Shown here: in pieces, positions 7,499 to 16,091 of the stretch
Layout of the letters: the number at the start of each line of letters is the position of its first letter
Numbering within the stretch: position 1 is the first letter of the stretch
Source of the DNA: Cereibacter sphaeroides 2.4.1
GTDB lineage: Bacteria; Pseudomonadota; Alphaproteobacteria; Rhodobacterales; Rhodobacteraceae
Length of the DNA: 32,000 bases
NCBI RefSeq assembly: GCF_000012905.2
Contig: NC_007493.2
Coordinates: 1,920,001 to 1,952,000, forward strand
Direction: 5' to 3'
The notes under the pieces: model-generated
What the model saw: the letters and a program-made list of their open reading frames with translations, nothing else
Told to the model about the DNA's origin: nothing
Databases searched by the model: none
Program-made: the position numbers and the translations under genes

Positions 7499-8836
7499 TC
7501 ATTCCGCAGTCGAGTGCGGAGACTGCGGATAGGCCGCGTTATGGTCCTCAGCCGGCATTCCCACCGTGATCGACGGAACGTCGCGCCCGTCCCGCAGCGA
7601 ACGGACGGTCTCCACCCGAAGCGCGCCGTTCCTGAGCCATGTGTTGATGAGGCTCGACACCCGACTGCGGGCGGCAATCTGGTCAGGGCCTTGCTGCGCC
7701 TTCGTCGTGCCGGGGGCGCCAACGTCCAAGCCCAGCGCGTCGGCTACGACATAGCCGGCCCAGTCCTTGCTGGTGGGCGCCTTGGCCGGCGGGGTCGCCC
7801 GCGCAGCAATGGCTTCCTGCACCCGCCGCAGGTCGTCCAGCTTGACGCCCTCGAACGCATCCGGCGGCGTCCATGCCGTGCAAACACCCACCTCGTCGCC
7901 CCGCGGATACTCGGGTGTAGCGTTGCCCAGAGGGACAGACTGCATCCGATACCAGGTGAACGCGCCCCCGCGGGCGGACATGTTGGTCTTGGCGCCGTCC
8001 ATCGCCCGGAAGATCCGCGCGGCTTCTGCGGGCGCAAGCCCCATCTTCTCGCCTTCCTCGAAGGTCATGGGTGCCAGCACGCGCCCCGCCCTGATACCGT
8101 CGCGAAAGGCAGAGCCGCCCCGGCCATCGTTGATGCTGTCTCCCGTCCCGGCCTTGTTCGCGTGATGGATCAACTCAATTGCGGCGTTGGTCTGGTTCGC
8201 CACGTCCCGCCATGCGTCGATCACGGCATTCATTGCGGTGTTGTCGTTCTCGGGAACCGTGTGGCAGGTGATGAACGGGTCGATAATCAAGGCGTCGATC
8301 CGGCGGGCTCGCATCTGCGCCACAAGCGCAGCCACCACGGGTTTTGCCACCTTCACGCCCTCACGGTCTGCCGCCGCGATCTTGATCGGCTGATCGCGCC
8401 CGCTATCCACATGCAGGCGCCCGCCGATCTCGTCGTCGCTGATGCCGTAATGGATGCAGGCCGCTTCAAGGCGCCGGCTGATTTCCTCAACCGGATCTTC
8501 GCCGCACCAATACCAGACGCGCAGGCCCTCGCGGGAATGCACCCAGCTATGCAACCGCTTCCGGCCGGTCGCCATGGCGAGCGCATCCACCAGCGCCAGC
8601 GATGATTTGCCGAGGCCGCCGGGGCTGATGGTGCCCGACAGCATCCGACGTTGCAGGTGGTAGCCGTAGAGCCACTGACGCGGGGGCGGAACGTTGCGGC
8701 GCCAGGTCGTCGGCGACAGCAGGCCGGATCGCGGCGGTTCTTCGTGGCCGGTTCCGGCGGCGTCGGACCCGAACTCGGCTCCGCATTCGGCCTCCACCTC
8801 CCTGCGCCAGGCGTCCGGGTCGTAGTGCCTCGTCAT
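7499..8836 (-). CDS. RecA-fold AAA_25 / RepA-like replication ATPase (helicase) of the element
   Basis: Walker A is GGLGKSS and Walker B-like is ALIIDPF, followed by IELIHHANK. It has a long C-terminal extension. ATGA overlap with the upstream small ORF. Confidence 0.75.
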   Translation of the reverse strand: MTRHYDPDAWRREVEAECGAEFGSDAAGTGHEEPPRSGLLSPTTWRRNVPPPRQWLYGYHLQRRMLSGTISPGGLGKSSLALVDALAMATGRKRLHSWVHSREGLRVWYWCGEDPVEEISRRLEAACIHYGISDDEIGGRLHVDSGRDQPIKIAAADREGVKVAKPVVAALVAQMRARRIDALIIDPFITCHTVPENDNTAMNAVIDAWRDVANQTNAAIELIHHANKAGTGDSINDGRGGSAFRDGIRAGRVLAPMTFEEGEKMGLAPAEAARIFRAMDGAKTNMSARGGAFTWYRMQSVPLGNATPEYPRGDEVGVCTAWTPPDAFEGVKLDDLRRVQEAIAARATPPAKAPTSKDWAGYVVADALGLDVGAPGTTKAQQGPDQIAARSRVSSLINTWLRNGALRVETVRSLRDGRDVPSITVGMPAEDHNAAYPQSPHSTAE

Positions 8837-9060
8837 GCCGCTGCCCTCCGCTGCCGGAGATAGGCGAGGAAAGCCGACTGGTGCTCAGGCTTCATCGCCT
8901 CGAACGCGGCCACGCAGACGGCCTTGCGGTATTCCTCGTGAGCGCCTTTGGCCCAGCGGCGCGCCTCAAGCATCGTCCCGCACCACGCGCTAGACGGAAC
9001 CTCCTGCCACGGCTTGCCGTAGAAGTCGCAGAGGGGGCAGAAGTGCGGACCCTGCATCAC
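8833..9060 (-). CDS. Hypothetical small protein (75 aa)
   Basis: In a translationally coupled chain: the previous stop is at 9057-9059 and there is an ATGA overlap with the repA-like start. CPLC motif near the N-terminus. Confidence 0.5.
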   Translation of the reverse strand: MMQGPHFCPLCDFYGKPWQEVPSSAWCGTMLEARRWAKGAHEEYRKAVCVAAFEAMKPEHQSAFLAYLRQRRAAA

Positions 9061-9269
9061 CGCGCCCCCTCAAAATAGCCGGTCAGCCCTTCGTCGGTCA
9101 GCGACTGCCGCACCTGATTTGCGTGCCCGGCCGAGAGGCAAAACACCGTCTCATCCGGTTCGCCAGGGCGATGCACGGAAATGACGCAGCGGCCGGCCAC
9201 GGTTTCGACGCGGAAGTGACCTTTGGCCTTGCGGGCCAGTAGCTCGTCTATGCTGTAAACGGCGAACAT
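9057..9269 (-). CDS. Hypothetical small protein (70 aa)
   Basis: The internal ATG at 9269 (MFAVYSIDELL...) forms an ATGA overlap with the alpA stop. The longer 9503 start would run through alpA in another frame. Confidence 0.5.
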   Translation of the reverse strand: MFAVYSIDELLARKAKGHFRVETVAGRCVISVHRPGEPDETVFCLSAGHANQVRQSLTDEGLTGYFEGAR

Positions 9270-9466
9270 CAGGCCACCTCGCGCGCTTCGGCCCGCGCGT
9301 CGAGCCACGCGAGCACCTCGGCCTCGCGCCAGTAGCGGCGGCGCTGAATGGTGACGGGTTTCGGGAATGCCATGGCGGGGTTGTTCAACCAGCGCCACAG
9401 GGACATGTCGCTGATGCCGCCACAGAGGGCGCGCACGGCGGCCGCGGAGATAAGCTTGCGTTCCAT
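9269..9466 (-). CDS. alpA: AlpA-family helix-turn-helix regulator / excisionase-like protein
   Basis: 65 aa. LCGGISDMSLWRWLNNPAMAFPKPVTIQRRRYWREAEVLAWL matches the AlpA (prophage CP4-57 regulatory) pattern. Confidence 0.8.
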   Translation of the reverse strand: MERKLISAAAVRALCGGISDMSLWRWLNNPAMAFPKPVTIQRRRYWREAEVLAWLDARAEAREVA

Positions 9467-9544
9467 TGGGGTGCCTCACGTTCGGTGACGTTAGGATTCC
9501 CAATGTTCAGATATTCCGCGGGACAGCGGCCTAGGTGTCCCAAT

Positions 9545-10201
9545 TTACTTGAAGCGGTCCCACTGTTTCTTGATGCCCTGCCAACCTCCCATTCCCTCCG
9601 CTTCGCATTGCCGTGCCGCATTCTCGACGCCAAGCTTGGGGACCAGTTCCGCCATCCGCGCGAACCGAAGGGTCCTCATCGGAATATGCCGCTGATTGGT
9701 CTTGTGCGCGGAGTTTAGCTGTCCTCCCGCAACCTTCTTTCCACGCGTCACGTGCTTAAGGTGGAGTCTGCGCGCGTTGAACCGACTGTGCGCCAGCCCC
9801 AGAAGCAGACTATGGGAAAAGACACTCTCCAGATTCCCGGCGGCGAGCGCTCGCTCCACCTCGATCACCTTCAAATAGAGGTCAGCAGCTTCATGTGGCA
9901 GCGTTAGCGGCTCGGCTTGCGCTCGTGTGAAAGCCCAGCCGGGAGAGATTGCCTTACCCACGGGCCTCTCGCCTTCTAGGCGTTTGCACCAAAAGCGCCC
10001 CTTGTGGAAGATCGCGGCACCCGGGTCTGGAAACCCATCCTGAACAATAATCTCGGCGAGCCTCTGTTTCAGCTCCGGCAGGTATTTGCTCGATGTAGGC
10101 CAATCTGCTGCAGCCTCTGCAAGCAGCGTCTCCCATTTCTCAGCAGAGACGACCTCTTTCTCCGTGCGGTGCATAGCATCAGACCAGACCTCCTTAGCCA
10201 T
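9545..10201 (-). CDS. Hypothetical protein (218 aa), accessory gene between int and alpA
   Basis: 8-nt overlap with the int stop. Visibly less G+C-rich than its neighbours. No recognisable motif. Confidence 0.55.
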   Translation of the reverse strand: MAKEVWSDAMHRTEKEVVSAEKWETLLAEAAADWPTSSKYLPELKQRLAEIIVQDGFPDPGAAIFHKGRFWCKRLEGERPVGKAISPGWAFTRAQAEPLTLPHEAADLYLKVIEVERALAAGNLESVFSHSLLLGLAHSRFNARRLHLKHVTRGKKVAGGQLNSAHKTNQRHIPMRTLRFARMAELVPKLGVENAARQCEAEGMGGWQGIKKQWDRFK

Positions 10202-11435
10202 GCTGGAGCCTCACCACGTTGTCCGCCTCCCCCTCCACCAGCGACAGAACGAACCGCGCCCAAGCCTCCAGCGCCTGCCGCTTCTCGTCGGCATAGTCGT
10301 GCCGTTGGTAGACCGCGACGATGCCGCCCCCTGTCCCGCTCACATGGTTCAGCACGGCCTCTGTCACCCGCACGGGGATGCCGAGCCGGGCCATGCCGGT
10401 CGCCGCCGTCCTGCGCAGATCATGGAAGGTCCAGCGCGGGATCTCGACGGGCTCGCCCCGCTCCTTCTGCGCGATGCCCACCATCGCCTCGGCCAGCACA
10501 GCGCGGGCCTTGAAAAAGCCGCTGACCGGTGTCCGGCCGGTCGTGGTGAAGATGAAGCGCACCCTGCCCTCCTCGTCCGTCACGCGCTCCACTTCGTCGA
10601 GCGCGGCGCGCACGGCCCCTGTCAGCGGCACATCGTGTGCCCGGCCGTTCTTTGTCCGGTCGGCTGTCAGGTGCCACAGGTCGCCGCGGATCTCGCTGTC
10701 CGTCATCTGCGCCACCTCGTTCAGCCGCTGGCCGGTGAGGAGCAGCACCTTGCCGAACGGCCCCCACGGGAAGCCCTCAGCCTCGCACGCCGTCCAGAAC
10801 CAGCGGATCTCGTCGTCGGTCAGCACGCGGGCACGGCTCGTCTCCTTACCGGCAGGCTTCACGCCGGCGGCCGGGCTCGTCGCCAGAATGTCCCGCTCGA
10901 CGCACCATCCGAAGAACTTGGCGAGATAGGCCCGGACGCGGTTCGCTGTGACGACGCGCCCGCTGTCCGCGATCCCGTCGAGAAGGTCGATCACGTCGCG
11001 CTTTCCGATCTGGTGAACGTCGCGCTCGCCCCACGCCGAAACGACGTGCCGCTCCAGCTCACGGCGCACGACCGCCCCGCTCTTGAGCTTGGACAGGTGC
11101 CGCTTGTCGAACTGGCCGATCAGGGTCTTGATCTTATCGCGATCGCCGTCGAGCTTCGGAGCCTTCGCGGCCTTGACCTCGGCCGCCGGATCGGTGCCGG
11201 CGCTCGCCGCGGCCAGGGTCTGCCGCGCCCGCTCGCGGGCGCCCGCGAGGGACAGCACCGGGAAGGCGCCGAGCGACATGCGCCGATGCACCCCGCCATG
11301 CCGATAACGGACCTGCCAGCCCTTCTTTCCGGTCGGCTGGACGATGAGATAGAGCCCGACGCAGAGGCTGTCCGGGATCTCCTGTCGCTTGTCTGTCGGC
11401 TTGATCTTCTCGACGCCCGCCGCACTCAACTTCAT
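10194..11435 (-). CDS. int: Tyrosine site-specific integrase (P4-like, N-terminal arm-binding DUF4102-type domain)
   Basis: Start taken at ATG 11435 (MKLSAAGVEKIKP...), with AGGAGG upstream. GLYLIVQPTGKKGWQVRYRHGG arm domain. C-terminal HDLRRT...LNH...VYQRHDY catalytic pattern. Confidence 0.9.
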   Translation of the reverse strand: MKLSAAGVEKIKPTDKRQEIPDSLCVGLYLIVQPTGKKGWQVRYRHGGVHRRMSLGAFPVLSLAGARERARQTLAAASAGTDPAAEVKAAKAPKLDGDRDKIKTLIGQFDKRHLSKLKSGAVVRRELERHVVSAWGERDVHQIGKRDVIDLLDGIADSGRVVTANRVRAYLAKFFGWCVERDILATSPAAGVKPAGKETSRARVLTDDEIRWFWTACEAEGFPWGPFGKVLLLTGQRLNEVAQMTDSEIRGDLWHLTADRTKNGRAHDVPLTGAVRAALDEVERVTDEEGRVRFIFTTTGRTPVSGFFKARAVLAEAMVGIAQKERGEPVEIPRWTFHDLRRTAATGMARLGIPVRVTEAVLNHVSGTGGGIVAVYQRHDYADEKRQALEAWARFVLSLVEGEADNVVRLQHG

Positions 11436-11451
11436 GTCAATTGGTCCTCCT

Positions 11452-11497
11452 GGGGAACAGTCTGGGGAACAGAGTTGCTTGTTTCCGTCGTTCCCCC
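11452..11497 (+). repeat. GGGGAACA x2 direct (11452-11459, 11464-11471) plus one imperfect inverted copy (GTTCCCCC 11490-11497)
   Basis: Lies between the int start and the right att repeat. Same motif and orientation as at 738-756. Confidence 0.45.
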
Positions 11498-11599
11498 ATG
11501 TTCTAACAGTCCCCAACATATAGCGACGAAATACCGTTTTTGCAACGAGTTGTGGCGTCCGATAGTTTTGACGCGTTTGGTTGTGTGACGCTGCCGGGA

Positions 11600-11710
11600 T
11601 TGACTGTTAATCAATTGGTCGTAGGTTCGATCCCTACCGCCGGAGCCAAAAGTCCCTGAGGGATCAGCTACATGAGAAAAGCCCGCCTCTGGCGGGCTTT
11701 CCTGTTTTCC
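11600..11710. repeat. Right attachment-site repeat: displaced 3' half of tRNA-Asn (11600-11648) plus a terminator copy
   Basis: See 623-733. It lacks the 5' half of the tRNA, so it is not a functional tRNA gene. Confidence 0.9.
11679..11707 (+). terminator. Second copy of the tRNA-Asn terminator (loop TCT instead of ACC)
   Basis: AAGCCCGCC-tct-GGCGGGCTT followed by TCCTGTTTT. Confidence 0.65.
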
Positions 11711-12026
11711 GCTGGACTGACGCTCGGGGTAGCAGGAAGAGACGCCGGCGCGGGCGATCAGGCAATTCTACAGCCACTCGGGCCGGGACACCGGCACCCC
11801 GATCCGCTCTAGGCCCTGCGAGATCGGAGATCCCCGCTCGAGAGGGTCTCGACCAAGGCAGGCGCCGGAAGATCGGCCCCGGAATTCGGTCATGGCCCGC
11901 GGCGATGGCGTGGGGCCCAACCTGCCCTATCGTTGGCGACGGATGATGCTCGAAGGGGGAAGCGCCGCCGTGACGGAGGAGGATGACGTCACCAGCAGCA
12001 AGGTCCCCCACCGGACGAGGCCACGA

Positions 12027-14090
12027 TCAGAGGTCTCGGACCATCGCGGCGAAGTCGGTCACGGCCGCGCCCATGGCAGTTGCGGCGGTGTCCATCGTCT
12101 CCATCTCGGCCGTCAGCCCCTTTGCGGTGGCGGCCGCATCGGTCGAGGCCTCTTCGACGCCGGCAATTCCGTGATCGACGCGGGCCACGCGCTCTGCGGT
12201 GTCGGCCATGCGCGAGGCGATTTCGGCCGCGACGGCGCCCTGCTGTCCGGCCGCGACGGAAATCAGCCGCGCCTGCGCCTGCACCTGACCGACCGCCTCG
12301 ACGATGCCGCGCACGGCCGCGCCATTGGCCTCGACCGCGCCCGTCACCGCCCCCACCTCGGCGGCGATCTCGCCGGTGGAACTGGTGGTCAGCGCGGCAA
12401 GCTTGCGCACCTCTTCGGCCACCACCGCGAAGCCGCGGCCCGCCTCGCCTGCCCGTGCCGCCTCGACCGCAGCATTCAATGCCAGAAGGTCGGTCTTTCG
12501 CGCGATCCCCTCGATGAAGGAGACCACGCCCCGGATGCGGCCGGTGGCGCTCTCCAACGCCTCGAGCGAGGTCTGCGCCGCGCCGGTTCGCGCGGTCGTC
12601 TCCTCGATCAGGCGGCTGGTGCGAACCACACCCTGCACCACCTCCTGCGCCGAGGCCGACATCTCCTCGGCCGCCGAGGCAACGGTCGCGACATTGGTGG
12701 CGGCAAGCCGCGAGTTCTCCCGCACCTCCCGGCTCTGCCGGCCGGCTTCCTCGGCGGTCACCACCATCTTCCCGGCCGCCGTTGCCACCCGCGTCGAGGC
12801 GGTTCCCAAGGCTTCGACCGCACGGCCGGCCTCCTCTTCGATGTGGCGCGACAGCCGGCGGATCGGCCGGATCAGCCAGGCCGACAGCAGAAGCCCCGCG
12901 ATCAGGATCAACCCCGCCAAAGCCGCCGCCGTCACCCTCGCCGTCCGAAGTGCCGCGCGCGCCTCGGCGAAGGCTTCCTCGGCCGTGATCTCGGACACCA
13001 TCCCCCAGGTCATCCCGCCGATCCGGGCGGGCCGTACCGCGGCCACCATCGGCTCGCCGCCGAAATTCGCGCCTTCGAGGCTTTCCGCCTTGCCCGCCCG
13101 TGCGGCCGCGGCCACCGGCCCCGCCACCGGCGTCCCGACCTCGATGTCGGCCGCCCGCCGCGGCACCGAGCGAAGGCGCCCGTCCGCCCCCACCAGATAA
13201 CCGTCCGACGTCTCGAACCGGCCGAGCTTGCGGCGCATGATCTCGTTCAGAGGCTCGATCGGGATCTGGAAGGCGAGGATGCCGACAAGGGTGCCATCCT
13301 TCTGCAACGGCAGCAGGATGAAGCCCGCATGTGCGTTGTAGGAGGGCGCATAGGGCTCGAAATCGGCGATCAGAAACGGGTCGCGCCCGCCTTGCTTCGC
13401 CATCCTCTGCGCGGTCCGGGCGAAGGCGCTGTCGCGGTAGGGGCCGGAAAAGAGCGAGGTGCCGAAATCGGTCTCCTTGAAGACCGTATAGAGGATTGTG
13501 CCGTTCTCGGGCTCGATCAGAAACAGGTCGTACAAGCCGAAGCGTTCGAGATAGCCGCGCAGGAACGGATGATGCCGGCGGTGGGCGGCCGAATAGGCGC
13601 TGCCGTCGCCGGCATCATCGAGCCGGTGCTTCTCGCCCACGGGCTTCGGGTTGGCCGAGACATAGAGATGCTGGAGCCGCCGCGCCCCCTCGTCGAGCGC
13701 CATCCATTCCTTCTGCGCCCCCGCCTCCGCGCCGCGCGTCGCCTGCAACTGCAGGTCGTACCGCTCGGTCAGTCGCGCCTCGTCGACCCGGAAGGCGGGA
13801 TCGGCCAGAAGCCCGGCCCGGCCACGGGCGAACTCGTCGAGGGCTGCAAGCGTGGCGGGATTGTCGGCGAGGCTTTGCCCGATACGCACCAGCGTGGCGA
13901 ACCACGTCTGGATCTGTGCCTCCTTCATGTCGGCGGCGAGTTCGAGCTCCGCCTCGACCGAAGCCTGCGCGGCCTCCCGGAGGCGCGAAGTATCGAGCGT
14001 CAGGATGGCCGCGGCCGGCAGAAGCCCCGCCAGCAGCAGCGCCAGCGTGATCTTGACGCGAAACCGGAAAATCCAGACCAGAGCACGCAT
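12027..14090 (-). CDS. Methyl-accepting chemotaxis protein with periplasmic Cache-like sensor, HAMP and MA domains
   Basis: 687 aa. N-terminal TM ([17 protein letters not shown]), a second TM ([22 protein letters not shown]), and the highly conserved signalling hairpin [31 protein letters not shown]. Confidence 0.9.
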   Translation of the reverse strand: MRALVWIFRFRVKITLALLLAGLLPAAAILTLDTSRLREAAQASVEAELELAADMKEAQIQTWFATLVRIGQSLADNPATLAALDEFARGRAGLLADPAFRVDEARLTERYDLQLQATRGAEAGAQKEWMALDEGARRLQHLYVSANPKPVGEKHRLDDAGDGSAYSAAHRRHHPFLRGYLERFGLYDLFLIEPENGTILYTVFKETDFGTSLFSGPYRDSAFARTAQRMAKQGGRDPFLIADFEPYAPSYNAHAGFILLPLQKDGTLVGILAFQIPIEPLNEIMRRKLGRFETSDGYLVGADGRLRSVPRRAADIEVGTPVAGPVAAAARAGKAESLEGANFGGEPMVAAVRPARIGGMTWGMVSEITAEEAFAEARAALRTARVTAAALAGLILIAGLLLSAWLIRPIRRLSRHIEEEAGRAVEALGTASTRVATAAGKMVVTAEEAGRQSREVRENSRLAATNVATVASAAEEMSASAQEVVQGVVRTSRLIEETTARTGAAQTSLEALESATGRIRGVVSFIEGIARKTDLLALNAAVEAARAGEAGRGFAVVAEEVRKLAALTTSSTGEIAAEVGAVTGAVEANGAAVRGIVEAVGQVQAQARLISVAAGQQGAVAAEIASRMADTAERVARVDHGIAGVEEASTDAAATAKGLTAEMETMDTAATAMGAAVTDFAAMVRDL

Positions 14091-14675
14091 GCAATCCCCG
14101 AGTGCTTGCCACCAATGAAAGCCGCACTGATACAGCGGGAAACCGGCACGGCAAGAGCACCCCTAAAATGTATGGGGTTATGCGGCGCATAAGGCTGAAC
14201 GGTCGGACACCCCACCCGACTGGGCAGGCCGGCAAGAACACCTTTGTCGGGAACACCTCTCTTGCGCTGAGACTGCAGCGCCCCCCAATACCGCCGCTCT
14301 TGCATCGGCCGATCGCAACGACAAGGCCGGGCATCGTGGACCGAAGGTACTTTATTCGCAACGCCTTGTTGCGTCCGCCTGGCGAAGGGAAAATGACCCG
14401 GAAGCAGGCTGACGACGCAATCTCCGCTTTCAAGAATTTCGTGGTGACCGGGAAATGCATTTCAACGCCGCAGAAAACGTCCAGTCCCAGATACCGGCTT
14501 TGCAGATGCCGGTCGCCCTAAATACCGCCCCCGAAGCGCGTATGCCCCAGAACCAGCAGATCGTGCTACTCAAGCGCGACGAGATATTCAGCGGCATTCG
14601 AGCAGCTGGCGTGCCGGAGGGTTCGAGATGAAGCCTTCTTCGAAGATCGCGTTCAGTTGCCGGAAGCCAACAAGT

Positions 14676-14953
14676 TCATTTGAGGAGTGTGAGATTGGGC
14701 ACCCTATGCATCTCGCCGCAGCCGCGGGGGCAAAGGATGCTGCCGGGCTCGATCACCTGCTCGATCCGTTCATCGGCTCCGATGATGGGAAGGGCCATCA
14801 CTGGCCCTCCTTCTTCAGCACCACCACGGCGGCGCGATCTGCGCCGATGCACCCCGCCTCGCGGGCGAGCTTGTAGAGCCGCTTCAGCGCGTCGGCGCGG
14901 CGGTACGCGGCCGAGCTCTCGCGCTCAGGCGTGCGAGGTGAGCAACGAGGCAT
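14676..14953 (-). other. Two short translationally coupled ORFs (51 aa at 14798-14953; 40 aa at 14676-14798), possibly remnants of larger genes
   Basis: My own translation; both are below the ORF-track cut-off. ORF1 ends ...VVVLKKEGQ-TGA. The TGATG junction and GAAGGAGGG RBS precede ORF2 (MALPIIGADERIEQ...). Coding-looking stretches continue downstream in shifted frames. Confidence 0.3.
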
Positions 14954-14975
14954 ACCAATGACATCAAGCTAGAAA

Positions 14976-15442
14976 ATGGTTCGCTGGGAGGAGTCGATAC
15001 GACACGCCTACGAAGAGCGACTGCGCCGCTTTCCGGATGATCCTCCTCTCGGATGGCGGCTGCTCTACAGTCCCCGACACGTTCTCACTGGCGCCACCGC
15101 GGCATTCATTGGATTGAATCCGGGAGGTGCTGCGCTTGATCCAACCCATGGGGAGTTCTCTTCGGAGACCCGAACCAGTACAACGCCGAGGCGCTGAAGG
15201 CGATCGCGGCCGGCACCCACAATGGCAAGTTCATGACGGCCCACACCGCCGAGAAGCTCGGCGAGGTGTTCCGCGGCGCCGCCGGGCACCGCGGCCGCTT
15301 CGCCAAGGGCGAGGCCACGGCCTTCGTGATCGACGCCTCCGGCTCGATGTTCTCCGAGCGGATGGACGGCCGGCCCCGCATGCAGGTGGTCAAGTCGGCG
15401 ATGTACGGCCTGATCGCCTACAAGCAGGCCAACTGGTCGTAA
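14976..15442 (+). pseudogene. Gene fragments: an N-terminal fragment with FIGLNPGG, frame-shifted into a vWA-like fragment (AFVIDASGSM MIDAS motif)
   Basis: ORF 14976-15197 breaks off. In another frame, 15140-15442 reads ...VLFGDPNQYNAEALKAIA...ATAFVIDASGSMFSE... and stops about 40 aa after the DxSxS motif, which is too short for a vWA domain. Confidence 0.4.
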
Positions 15443-15512
15443 CGACCCCGACCATGGCCCGGGCTTCTTCCGGGCCATGGTTCCCCTTCCCACCAGCCAA
15501 GGATCTCCTGCT

Positions 15513-15998
15513 ATGACCATTACCTTTCGCACCCCGCACCGGATCCCCAGCCCGCGCGTCGCGCCGTCGACGCGCCCGAGGGGTCTCACGCCCGTCACCG
15601 GCCCGATCCCCGACACCCTCACTGGCCGCATCTTGCTGCTCGTCGACGCAGAAAACCTGGTGCTCTCGGCGCGTGACCTCGACGTCGCCCTCGACTTCGA
15701 GGCGCTGCGAGCCGCATTTGCCCGCTACGACCGGCGCCAGGTCGAATGCCATGCGGTCTATTCCCAAGACATCGGCGACGGCCCGCTCGCGGTGCATCTG
15801 GTGCGGCGCGGCTGGCACCCGACGCCTCGCCCCCCGATCCAGCGCCTGCCCGCCGACCGTGGGCACCGCAATGCTGACAACTGGTTCGTCTTCGTCGCCG
15901 CGCGCAGCCTCCGCTCTGTTGGGAAGGAAGAGGACGTGCCTACGGCGAGAAGGAATGGCCGGTATCGGTCAGGCACTCACTACGCTACGGTCGGATAG
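15513..15998 (+). pseudogene. NYN (LabA/DUF88-like) domain gene, apparently truncated at its 3' end
   Basis: ILLLVDAENLVLSARDL...DF and HRNADNWFV match the first two acidic motifs of NYN domains. The expected distal GDxD-type motif is absent, and the reading frame runs into lower-G+C DNA at about 15,915. Confidence 0.5.
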
Positions 15999-16091
15999 CT
16001 ATCAGCCGGTACCGCGGCCGTTGCGGGAGTTGTATGGAGGGCTAGTGATTGGCTACCGTGATGATCGGTCGTTCTTGACGAGGGTTCTCAG

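Larger units (their letters stand above)
623..11710 (-). mobile_element. Integrated ~11 kb phage satellite (capsid-forming PICI-like) or tail-less HK97-type element in tRNA-Asn
   Basis: Bounded by direct repeats derived from tRNA-Asn. Contains int, alpA, a RepA-like ATPase, gp6-like connector, TerL, HNH, major capsid, protease and portal, all on the minus strand with overlapping start/stop codons. No tail or lysis genes. Confidence 0.85.

Noticed and set aside
11436-11519. Longer integrase start at 11519
   Set aside because: The extension covers the GGGGAACA repeats. ATG 11435 has an AGGAGG RBS and gives the canonical MKLSAAGVEKIKP integrase N-terminus.
11664-12011. 115-aa minus-strand ORF between the MCP gene and attR (contains VILLRHGG, reminiscent of a histidine-phosphatase RHG motif)
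   Set aside because: Its 3' part reads through the att repeat and terminator. It is too short for that family and has mixed coding signal. At most it is a fragment.
11892-14192. 766-aa plus-strand ORF and other ORFs (12304-13200, 13496-14050, 13615-14460) across the MCP locus
   Set aside because: They are antisense or out of frame to an MCP with an unmistakable signalling-domain signature, and are Arg/Gly/Pro-rich.
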